From: a bacterium
GTDB lineage: Bacteria; Patescibacteriota; Minisyncoccia; Moranbacterales; UBA1568
Assembly (NCBI GenBank): GCA_021821305.1
Contig: JAKACP010000001.1
Coordinates: 132,934 to 196,933, forward strand
Length of the DNA: 64,000 nucleotides
Reading direction: 5' to 3'
The notes under the pieces are model-generated. The model was not told the origin of the DNA and made no database searches. It was given only the letters and a program-made list of their open reading frames with translations. Shown piece after piece: positions 55,961 through 64,000 of this stretch (position 1 is its first letter; the number at the start of each line of letters is the position of its first letter). The position numbers and the translations under genes were made by a program.

Positions 55961-56124
55961 AGGGGAGTATCAAGTATAAGGTATCTTTATATTCAAAGCA
56001 TTGTACCCTAAAGCTGAAAAAAGAGGAAGTGCGAAAAAAAGTCTTTCTCCTTTAGGTTTTTTCCACTAAACTGGAGAAGAACATACGTGATACCGGATAC
56101 TTCATACTTAATGCCCCTTCAATT

Positions 56125-57648
56125 ATGCCGGCCAGAATATTTTCCGTGGCGACGGTCGGTCTCGACGGCGTGTCCGTCGAAGTGGAGCTCGACATACTCT
56201 CGCAGGGGCTTCATCACTTCACGCTCGTCGGATTGCCCGACGCATCGGTCAAGGAATCCCGCGATCGTGTCAGCTCGGCGATCAAGAACAGCGGATTCAG
56301 ACCCCCGCATCAGAGCGGCCGCATCACCGCCAATCTCGCGCCGGCCGACCTCCCCAAGAACAGTCCGGTCTACGATCTCCCGATGGCGCTCGGCTACCTT
56401 CTCGCGACGGAACAGATGCATTTCGACCCGAAGGGAAAGCTCTTCCTCGGGGAATTGGCGCTCGACGGGAAGATGCGCCGGGTCAATGGCGTCCTATCCG
56501 CGGCGTTCTTCGCCAAGGAATCCGGCGCGAAGGAACTCTACGTGCCGGAGGAGAATGCCGATGAAGCGGCGCTCATCCCCGGCGTGACGGTCTATCCGGT
56601 GCGCGACCTCCTCTCCATCGTGAAACATCTGACCCGGACGGAACCGATCGGGGAATGGCGGGCGGATCCGTCCGCGCAGGCGGACGAGGAGGACTATCCT
56701 TTCGATATGGCGGAAGTCCGCGGACAGGAGCACGCCAAGCGCGCGCTCGAGATCGCCGCGGCCGGCGGCCACAACAGTATCCTCGTCGGACCGCCCGGTT
56801 CCGGGAAGACGCTCCTCGCCCGGGCGCTCCCGTCCATACTTCCGAAGCTCTCGTTCGAGGAGAGTCTCGAGGTGACCAAGATCTTTTCCGTCGCAGGGAA
56901 ACTTCCCGGCGACAGATCGCTCGTGCGGACCAGGCCGTTCCGTTCCCCGCATCACAGCGCGTCGGCGATATCGCTCGTCGGCGGGGGAAGCCTGCCGAAG
57001 CCGGGCGAGGTCAGTCTCGCGCATCGCGGCGTGCTCTTCCTCGACGAGTTCGCCGAATTCCCCAAATCGGTACTCGAGAATCTCCGTCAGCCGCTCGAGG
57101 ACGGATTCGTGACGGTATCGAGGATAAAAGGCAGCAACTCGTTTCCGGCGCGGTTTTCGCTCGTCGCGGCGATGAATCCCTGCCCATGCGGCTACGCGGG
57201 CGACCCGGAGCGCATGTGCTCATGCGCGCCGTTCCAGGCGTCGCGGTATCGCGAGCGCGTGTCCGGTCCGATACTCGACCGGATCGATCTGCAGGTGGAG
57301 GTGCCGCGCATCAGGATCGAGAAGCTCGAGGAGACGGAGCGCGGCGAGCCGAGCGCGGATATCCGCGAGCGGGTGGAACGGGCGCGGGCGGTACAATCCG
57401 CGCGCTTCGAGGGTACCGACGCCCGGACCAACAGCGAGATGGGGCCGGACGCGATACGCAGGCACTGCGCGCTCGACGAGGCGTCGAAGGAGCTCCTCCG
57501 CGGCGCGGTGTCGCGCCTTAAGCTTTCCGCGCGTAGTTACCATCGCATACTCAAGGTCTCGCGCACGATCGCCGATCTCGCGGGAGCCGAGGCCATCCTC
57601 GCTCCGCACATCGCCGAAGCGTTGCAATACCGGTTCAAGAGCGAATGA
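56125..57648 (+). CDS. comM: ComM/YifB Mg-chelatase-like AAA ATPase
   Basis: VGLPD, NLAPAD, GQEHAKRA, GPPGSGKT, PFRSPHHSAS, PGEVSLAHRGVLFLDE. Confidence 0.95.
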   Translation: MPARIFSVATVGLDGVSVEVELDILSQGLHHFTLVGLPDASVKESRDRVSSAIKNSGFRPPHQSGRITANLAPADLPKNSPVYDLPMALGYLLATEQMHFDPKGKLFLGELALDGKMRRVNGVLSAAFFAKESGAKELYVPEENADEAALIPGVTVYPVRDLLSIVKHLTRTEPIGEWRADPSAQADEEDYPFDMAEVRGQEHAKRALEIAAAGGHNSILVGPPGSGKTLLARALPSILPKLSFEESLEVTKIFSVAGKLPGDRSLVRTRPFRSPHHSASAISLVGGGSLPKPGEVSLAHRGVLFLDEFAEFPKSVLENLRQPLEDGFVTVSRIKGSNSFPARFSLVAAMNPCPCGYAGDPERMCSCAPFQASRYRERVSGPILDRIDLQVEVPRIRIEKLEETERGEPSADIRERVERARAVQSARFEGTDARTNSEMGPDAIRRHCALDEASKELLRGAVSRLKLSARSYHRILKVSRTIADLAGAEAILAPHIAEALQYRFKSE

Positions 57649-57713
57649 CGCCCCTTCCCCAAACAGAGCCGAAGTCGTATAATTGAAACCCCAATTCCCA
57701 TGGTCGCCATCCC

Positions 57714-58646
57714 ATGAAGAAAGCCTTATTCATCATCATCGCCCCTATCGGATCGTATCTCATCTTCTCCGGGACCGGGGAGGAGAGAACCTTCGAAACC
57801 GGTGGGCCGAAAGACGTGACCGTCTCGATCGACGGTTCAGCCGTCCCGTTTTCCGGTGCGAGTTCGGGCACGGTGGGCGATCTGCTCGGGGAACTGCGTT
57901 CCGGGACGATGGAAGGGGACAGGGTCTTCCCCGCGCGCGACGTGCGGCTCTCATCCGGCATGACGGTATTCGTGGAGCGCGAGAAGAAAGTCGCGATCAA
58001 GGTCGACGGCGGAACGAAAGACGTCGTGACGCACGCGCGGACGGTGGAGGAGGCGCTCGATGAGGCGGGAGTCGCCACCGAGGAGGATGATATCGTGAAG
58101 CCCGCACGCGGAGCCCGGCTTGATCCGGAGACGGACATCACCGTCACGCGCGTGGAGATCCGCGAGGAGACGGTCGAGAAAAAGATCGCGTTCGACACGG
58201 AGGAGACGGAGGACGATGAGCTCTCGTGGCGCAAGCGCGTCGTGACCCGAAAGGGCGAGAACGGGGTCCGCACCTACCGATACCGCGTGAGCTATCATGA
58301 CGGCGAGGAGGTGGGGCGGAAACTCCTCGGCAGCGAAGTGACCCGCGAGCCGGTCACGGAAATCGTGACCCAGGGCACGTACGTGAAGACGGGAAAATCG
58401 CATCGGGGCGCCGCGTCGTGGTATGCTCATACCGGTACGATGGCGGCGGCCAACCCGTGGCTTCCGATGGGATCGTACGTGAAGGTGACGAACATGGACA
58501 ACGGAAAATCGGTTATCGTGAAGATCAACGACCGCGGGCCGTTCGTCCCGGGGCGCATCATCGATCTCGATCGGGTCGCCTTCGCGGAAATCGCCTCGGT
58601 GGGCGCGGGCGTCATCAACGTGAAGATGGAGGAAGTCGTGAATTGA
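57714..58646 (+). CDS. DUF348-G5-RlpA(DPBB) cell-wall protein
   Basis: Ubiquitin-like DUF348 repeats, G5 (G..G...EP...I...GT), ASWY...LP.G..V.VTN..NG.SV.V.INDRGP...RIIDL. Confidence 0.85.
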   Translation: MKKALFIIIAPIGSYLIFSGTGEERTFETGGPKDVTVSIDGSAVPFSGASSGTVGDLLGELRSGTMEGDRVFPARDVRLSSGMTVFVEREKKVAIKVDGGTKDVVTHARTVEEALDEAGVATEEDDIVKPARGARLDPETDITVTRVEIREETVEKKIAFDTEETEDDELSWRKRVVTRKGENGVRTYRYRVSYHDGEEVGRKLLGSEVTREPVTEIVTQGTYVKTGKSHRGAASWYAHTGTMAAANPWLPMGSYVKVTNMDNGKSVIVKINDRGPFVPGRIIDLDRVAFAEIASVGAGVINVKMEEVVN

Positions 58647-58649
58647 TAT

Positions 58650-59459
58650 ATGGAAAAAGTGAAACCGAAAAAATCCCTGGGACAGAACTTCCTCCGCGAC
58701 GGCGCGATCGTCGAGGGGATCCTTCGCGTCGCAGATGTCCATACGGATGACCGGGTCCTCGAGATCGGTCCCGGCGATGGGGCGCTGACCGCACCGCTCC
58801 TCGCTCGCGGCGCGAGGGTGACGGCGATCGAGCTCGATCACGAACTCGTCGAGCGCCTCACCGATCGTTTCCTGGATTCCGACGGACTCTCGCTCCTCGA
58901 GGGGAATATCCTCGATCTTGACATGAACCAGTACCTCTCGGAGTCCGCCCTCGAGGACGGGAAGTACAAGGTGGTCGCGAACATACCCTATTACATCACC
59001 GCTCCGATCATCCGGCTTCTCCTGTCTCTTTCCGTCCGTCCGGAACGGATCGTGCTCATGGTACAGAACGAGGTGGCGAAACGGCTCGCCGCGGCGCCCG
59101 GTGATATGAGCATCCTCTCGGTGATGGCGCAGTACTACGCCGATGTCCGGATAGAGATCTTCGTCCCGAAGACGTCGTTTTTTCCGGTGCCGAAAGTCGA
59201 CAGTGCGGTGGTGGAGCTTCGTCCGAAACGGCGCTTTTCACAGGAAGGTGATCGGAAGATCTTCCGTGTCGTCCGTGCCGGATTCGCCGCACGCCGCAAG
59301 ACGCTCGCGAACAACCTCTCCTCGAGTTTCCGTATCCCGCGCGAGGAGATCACGGCGATGTTCGTCGGAATCGGTCTCGGCGCATCGGTACGGGCGCAGG
59401 AGCTTTCGGTGGAGGATTGGGAGAAACTCGCGGATATGATCGCCGCCCGGCCGGAGTGA
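58650..59459 (+). CDS. rsmA: 16S rRNA dimethyltransferase RsmA/KsgA
   Basis: KKSLGQNFL, LEIGPG.G.LT, VANIPYYIT, P.PKVDS. Confidence 0.97.
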   Translation: MEKVKPKKSLGQNFLRDGAIVEGILRVADVHTDDRVLEIGPGDGALTAPLLARGARVTAIELDHELVERLTDRFLDSDGLSLLEGNILDLDMNQYLSESALEDGKYKVVANIPYYITAPIIRLLLSLSVRPERIVLMVQNEVAKRLAAAPGDMSILSVMAQYYADVRIEIFVPKTSFFPVPKVDSAVVELRPKRRFSQEGDRKIFRVVRAGFAARRKTLANNLSSSFRIPREEITAMFVGIGLGASVRAQELSVEDWEKLADMIAARPE

Positions 59460-59526
59460 GGAAGTATGATGCCGAAAGGAAAAGAGCGCCCCGGAAGGAG
59501 CGCTCTTTCGTGTCCGCGAGGACGGG

Positions 59527-61197
59527 CTATCGGAGGAGAATGGCGGCGACCGATATGCCGTAGAGGGTGGCGAAGAGCATGTTCCACCCCGAGAGCGTCC
59601 GGAATGTCCCCCAGGCCTTCTCGCTCCGCTGGGCGCGATTGATGCTCCAGAAAGCGAGGCCGCCGAAGAGCACGGCCGGGACGATGAGGTCGGCCTCGCG
59701 GAAGACGACGGGACTCGCCGCATAGCAGAGGAAGAGCGCCGTGCCGACGACGAGGCGCGCTTTTTCTTCCCCGAGTATCACCGGTATCGTGTGGACGCCG
59801 TCGGCGCGGTCGCCCGCGATGTCCTTGAAGTCCTTGAGCGGGAGCGTCACGGCGTAGGCCACGAAGAGGAAAGCGAGTATCGGAAACGGGACCGCACCGA
59901 GGTCGGCTTCCGGAGCGAGGACGGAATACCCGGTGATGAGTACGGCCATGCCGGCGAGCGCCGCGAGGACGGTCGCGAGTATCGGGATCCGCTTGAGCCG
60001 CAGGGGCGGCATGGAGTAGACCCATGCGAGGCCGTGATAGGCGAGAATGAGAAGCATCGCCTTGAAGCTGACGATGGCCGAGAAGAGGAGTGACACGGCG
60101 AAGAACGCCCAGCCGATCTCGGCGTACCGTCGCGGCGGGATGTCGCCGGTCGGGAGCGGGCGCTTCGGATTCGTAGCTTCGTCGATCGCACGGTCGGCGA
60201 GGTCGTTTCCCACCACGGAGGCGAACCAGGCGCTTTCGATCGCCATCACCAGGAGCAGTATCGAGAGCACTTCGAAGAAGTGGAAATCCGGTCTCGCTCC
60301 GGCGAAGATCATCGCGAGCGCGCCGCCGAGGAAGAGGAGTCCGCCATGCCATACGACTTGCGGGAAGCGGCTGTTCCACAGGAGGGCGAGAAAGGTTCCT
60401 TTCGACATGCGGTAGAGGAGCGCTCCGACGCCGAGCGCCGAGAGGATCGCATAGACGATGCTGAGCCGTGAGCCGAGCGACATACGCGGGTCGACGATGT
60501 CCTGGCCGAACAGCTTGCTCGGGGCGAGCATCGTACCGACGACGTCGAACTCCGTGACGGCGAAGAATCCTTTCTCCATGCCGAGCATGAGAATGGCGAT
60601 GTATGACGGGAAGGTGCCGAGGACGAAGAAGGTCGCATAGGTGAGGAGCGCGACACCGAGCGCTTTCAGGAGATTCCGGGAGCGGAAAAACGCGTAGCCC
60701 CCGAGCGCGGCCGTCATGAGCGCGACCTCGACGCGGACGCCGTAGGTGATCCCCATGTTGGGCGTATCATCGAAAAAGGTGAAGAACTGGCTCATGAGTC
60801 CCCGGAGGCTGTCGAGTTCATAGAAACTCCAGAACCGCTCGCCCTGGAAGACGAGCACGTCTATCAAGGGCGGGGTCCAGATGATGAGAAAGCCGAAGAG
60901 GAGGAGATTGGCGGCGCGGGACCATGAGTCGGCTCCGGCGATCCGGACGATCGGCATGAAGAGGAGAAACGCGAAAAGGAAGAAGAGAAAGGTGTGGGAG
61001 AACTCGAAGAACATGTAGTGGAGGGATTCCGTCTCGTACGCGCTCGTTCCGCCCTCGATGAAGAGTCGGACGAGGATGATGCCGAGGAACGCGAGGATAA
61101 AGGTCGAAAGGCTGAGCGGAGCCGTCTCGATAGCTTCGACCATTCTCCTCATTCCGTGGGCGGCGGTCTTCCATGCGGACCGGATTCTTCGTGGCAT
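59527..61197 (-). CDS. UbiA-family prenyltransferase with a large N-terminal membrane domain
   Basis: NDLADRAID..NPKRPLPTG, YSMPPLRLK, KDFKDIAGD...G..TIP. Confidence 0.85.
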   Translation of the reverse strand: MPRRIRSAWKTAAHGMRRMVEAIETAPLSLSTFILAFLGIILVRLFIEGGTSAYETESLHYMFFEFSHTFLFFLFAFLLFMPIVRIAGADSWSRAANLLLFGFLIIWTPPLIDVLVFQGERFWSFYELDSLRGLMSQFFTFFDDTPNMGITYGVRVEVALMTAALGGYAFFRSRNLLKALGVALLTYATFFVLGTFPSYIAILMLGMEKGFFAVTEFDVVGTMLAPSKLFGQDIVDPRMSLGSRLSIVYAILSALGVGALLYRMSKGTFLALLWNSRFPQVVWHGGLLFLGGALAMIFAGARPDFHFFEVLSILLLVMAIESAWFASVVGNDLADRAIDEATNPKRPLPTGDIPPRRYAEIGWAFFAVSLLFSAIVSFKAMLLILAYHGLAWVYSMPPLRLKRIPILATVLAALAGMAVLITGYSVLAPEADLGAVPFPILAFLFVAYAVTLPLKDFKDIAGDRADGVHTIPVILGEEKARLVVGTALFLCYAASPVVFREADLIVPAVLFGGLAFWSINRAQRSEKAWGTFRTLSGWNMLFATLYGISVAAILLR

Positions 61198-61309
61198 AGG
61201 CGTTATTCTAGTGGTTGTTTTTCCATTATAGCGTGTTTTTCGGCATTTGCCTCAAGGGTGCTTTTTTGCTATTCTTCGGTGACGGAAAGTAATATTTGAG
61301 ACCATATCT

Positions 61310-61858
61310 ATGTTGATACCGATCATCATCCTGGGAGCCGTCGTACTCGTCGCCGGCATATTCATGTACAACCAGCTCGTGACGCTCAAGAACCGCACGG
61401 ACGAGTCGTGGAGCGACATCGACGTACAGCTCAAGCGCCGGTACGACCTCATCCCGAACCTCGTGAACACCGTCAAAGGATATGCGACGCACGAGAGCGA
61501 GGTGCTCCAGAAAGTGACGGAAGCCCGTTCGCAGGCGATGCAGGCGGGGACGGCCGGCGGCAGGGCTCAGGCCGAGAACATGCTCTCCGACGCGCTCAAG
61601 AGTCTCTTCGCGGTTTCGGAAAACTATCCCGATCTCAAGGCGAACACGAACTTTCTCGAGCTCCAGCGCGAGCTGTCCGATACCGAGAACAAGATCCAGG
61701 CGGCGCGCCGGTTCTACAACGCCAATGTCCGTGATTTCAACACCAAGATCGAATCCTTCCCGAACAACGTGATCGCGGGGATATTCACCTTCGGCAAGCG
61801 CGAATTCTTCGAGCTCGAGGAGGGTGCGGCCAAAGAGCCGGTCGCGGTACAATTTTAG
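61310..61858 (+). CDS. lemA: LemA family protein
   Basis: YN.LV, IDVQLKRRYDLIPNLV, ENYPDLKA, ENKI.AARRFYN. Confidence 0.96.
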   Translation: MLIPIIILGAVVLVAGIFMYNQLVTLKNRTDESWSDIDVQLKRRYDLIPNLVNTVKGYATHESEVLQKVTEARSQAMQAGTAGGRAQAENMLSDALKSLFAVSENYPDLKANTNFLELQRELSDTENKIQAARRFYNANVRDFNTKIESFPNNVIAGIFTFGKREFFELEEGAAKEPVAVQF

Positions 61859-61951
61859 CCTCAGGAAAACCATCAGGAATCACGGAGCACGGAAAGAGAA
61901 GAGAGGGCCTTCCTGATTCTCTATCCGATACCCGTGATTCCTTTATTTCTT

Positions 61952-62845
61952 ATGACGCTCTACACGCATTACGACAAGAACGTACGATTGACGTGGGTAT
62001 ACCTCACGGGTTTCCTCGTGCTCGTGATCGGGGCGGGGTATGTCTTCTCCGAGGCGCTGGGTCAGCGGTGGATCCTTCCGGTGGCGGTCGGTTTCTCGAC
62101 TCTGATGAGCGTCGGCTCATACTGGTGGAGCGACCGCATCGTGCTGTCGATGAGCGGCGCGAAACCGGTCGAGTTCGAGACGGACAAGGAGCTCTACCGC
62201 GTCGTCGAGAACCTCGCCATCACCGCGGGACTGCCGACCCCGAAAATATATACCATCGATGACACCGCGATGAACGCGTTCGCGACCGGGCGCGATCCGG
62301 AACACGGCGTCATCTGCTTCACGACCGGACTCCTCTCACGGCTCGACCGTTCCGAGGTCGAGGCGGTCGCCGCACACGAGCTCTCACATATCGGCAACCG
62401 CGATACGCTCGTCTCGACCGTCGTCGTCGTGCTCGTGGGCCTCGTCGCGCTGCTCGCGGACTGGTTCCGGCATGCGGCGTTCTACGGATTCGGCGGACGG
62501 GACGACAACCGCAACACCCATCCGGCGATGATCGTAGCCGCCCTCGTCCTCTCGCTCCTCGCGCCGATATTCGCGATGCTTATCCAGCTCGCGATCTCGC
62601 GGAAACGCGAATTCCTCGCCGACGCGTCCGGAGCGCTCCTCACCCGGTATCCGGAGGCGCTCGCCTCGGCGCTCGAGAAGATTTCCGGCGACACGGAGCC
62701 CTTGGAGGCGGCGAACCGGGCGACGGCACATCTCTACATCTCGAACCCGTTCAAGGGGAAGAATATCTCCAAGCTTTTCATGACCCACCCGCCGATGGAG
62801 GAGCGCGTCGCGGCGCTCCGCGGAACCGATGTCGGAGGGAAATAG
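61952..62845 (+). CDS. htpX: HtpX M48 Zn metalloprotease
   Basis: NAFATGR, HELSH, SRKREFLAD, THPP..ER. Confidence 0.95.
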   Translation: MTLYTHYDKNVRLTWVYLTGFLVLVIGAGYVFSEALGQRWILPVAVGFSTLMSVGSYWWSDRIVLSMSGAKPVEFETDKELYRVVENLAITAGLPTPKIYTIDDTAMNAFATGRDPEHGVICFTTGLLSRLDRSEVEAVAAHELSHIGNRDTLVSTVVVVLVGLVALLADWFRHAAFYGFGGRDDNRNTHPAMIVAALVLSLLAPIFAMLIQLAISRKREFLADASGALLTRYPEALASALEKISGDTEPLEAANRATAHLYISNPFKGKNISKLFMTHPPMEERVAALRGTDVGGK

Positions 62846-62848
62846 CGT

Positions 62849-63280
62849 ATGCCGTCCCCGTACCAGGAATTTCTCGAGAAGGCCCGGGCGCGGTTCCATG
62901 CCAACCGGGAGAAAAAGCGCTCCGGCAACTTCGTCCTGACGCGGCATGCGGAGTTCAAGATGCGCCAGTACGCGCTCTCCGAACAGAAGGTGCGCGGCGT
63001 CATCCGCAATCCGCGTCGCATCGAGGAAGGTATCGCCAAGGATACGGTCGCGGTCATGCAGCCCGTGTCACCGAAGCGCGACGCGAAGGGTGTCGAGACC
63101 TGGAAGCAGGAAATCTGGGTGATGTTCCAGAAGAAGGCGAACAAAAACGACCTGCCGGGAGCGATCGGACGCGTGAGGATAATCAGCGCGTGGCGGTACC
63201 CGGGCGTGAGCCCGAAAAGAAACCCGATACCGGACGATATCCTTCTGGAACTTGAGAGGGAGGATATCTTGGAAGAGTGA
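62849..63280 (+). CDS. Hypothetical protein, DUF4258/RelE-like pattern
   Basis: LTRHA..KM......V..VI..P...IWVM...IISAW. Confidence 0.6.
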   Translation: MPSPYQEFLEKARARFHANREKKRSGNFVLTRHAEFKMRQYALSEQKVRGVIRNPRRIEEGIAKDTVAVMQPVSPKRDAKGVETWKQEIWVMFQKKANKNDLPGAIGRVRIISAWRYPGVSPKRNPIPDDILLELEREDILEE

Positions 63281-63372
63281 TGGAGGCTTGTCCGCCTTTG
63301 GCGGAAGATTTTGCGGGAACTCGAGGAAGGGAGTATCATGGAGGAGGAGTTTAACGAGTAATACATACGAAT

Positions 63373-63783
63373 ATGTCGGAAGACATGCAGTCGGTTCCGG
63401 CTCCGGAAGAGCCGAAGATGGAAGCCCCGGTCCAGCCGGTGGCCCCCGCCCCGGAAGCGCCGAAGGCGGACATGTCCGATGTCGAGCAGAACAAGGTCAT
63501 GGCGATCGTGGGGTACATCATCCCGCTCCTGTTCTTCGTACCGATGCTGGCGGAGAAGAAGAGTCCGTTCGGGATGTTCCACGCGAACCAGCAGCTCGCG
63601 CTGCTCATAACGGCGATTCTCGTGCAGATCGTCGGGACCGTCATCCCGATTCTCGGGTGGTTCATCATCCTTCCCCTCGGTATGATCGCGGTGATCGTGT
63701 TCGCGATCATGGGCATCATCAACTCGGCGAAGGGCGAGATGAAACCGCTCCCGTTGATCGGAGGGTTCTCGATCATCAAGTAG
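63373..63783 (+). CDS. DUF4870-like small membrane protein
   Basis: NKVMAIVGY, FHANQ, IP.LGW, GIINS.KG..KPLP.IG. Confidence 0.82.
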   Translation: MSEDMQSVPAPEEPKMEAPVQPVAPAPEAPKADMSDVEQNKVMAIVGYIIPLLFFVPMLAEKKSPFGMFHANQQLALLITAILVQIVGTVIPILGWFIILPLGMIAVIVFAIMGIINSAKGEMKPLPLIGGFSIIK

Positions 63784-63896
63784 TCTGTCACGAAGTCGTT
63801 CGCATCGGAGCTCCGGCACATGCCGGAGCTTTTTCGTTTGACTCATGTGTCGGAGTGGTGTAGACAGGAGACAGTTCCTTTTGGAAGGAGAACGTG

Positions 63897-64000
63897 ATGA
63901 ACAAGTTCCGGATTGATTTGTTTCTGTTCGCATCGGTGGCCGCCCTCGTTCTGGTCGCCGTTCCCGGGGAGGAGAAGAAGCCACCTCCTCCTCCGACGAA
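63897..64000 (+). CDS. Possible N-terminus of an exported protein (truncated by window edge)
   Basis: MNKFRIDLFLFASVAALVLVAVPGEEKK...; open to the window end. Confidence 0.4.
   Translation, partial: MNKFRIDLFLFASVAALVLVAVPGEEKKPPPPPT

Overview
Origin-proximal chromosomal segment of a GC-rich bacterium. Gene content and style (CPR-type pilin fusion, reduced housekeeping clusters, AT-rich start contexts without obvious Shine-Dalgarno sites) suggest Patescibacteria/Parcubacteria; this is inference. The window holds dnaN-dnaA/rpmH-rnpA-yidC-jag with DnaA boxes, ruvB/yebC/ruvC, an ATP-grasp cluster, a class A PBP, a glycan cluster, ahpC-sod-nrdAB, ten intact tRNAs, ftsH-tilS-gmk-rpsA, gyrA, rpsO-NYN-pnp, comM, rsmA and lemA-htpX. 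The most unusual features are non-coding. (1) An intact tRNA-Val(GAC) is nested inside a second, split tRNA-like shell whose D- and T-loops each carry the same 32-bp palindromic insert; a partial parallel lies next to tRNA-Val(TAC). (2) Twelve perfect parS palindromes sit in 656 bp, bounded by two outward-facing consensus promoters. (3) A roughly 500-nt structured transcription unit has its own promoter and terminator but no credible ORF. (4) Several small palindromic or MITE-like repeat families are present. All calls were made by eye; no database searches were run.
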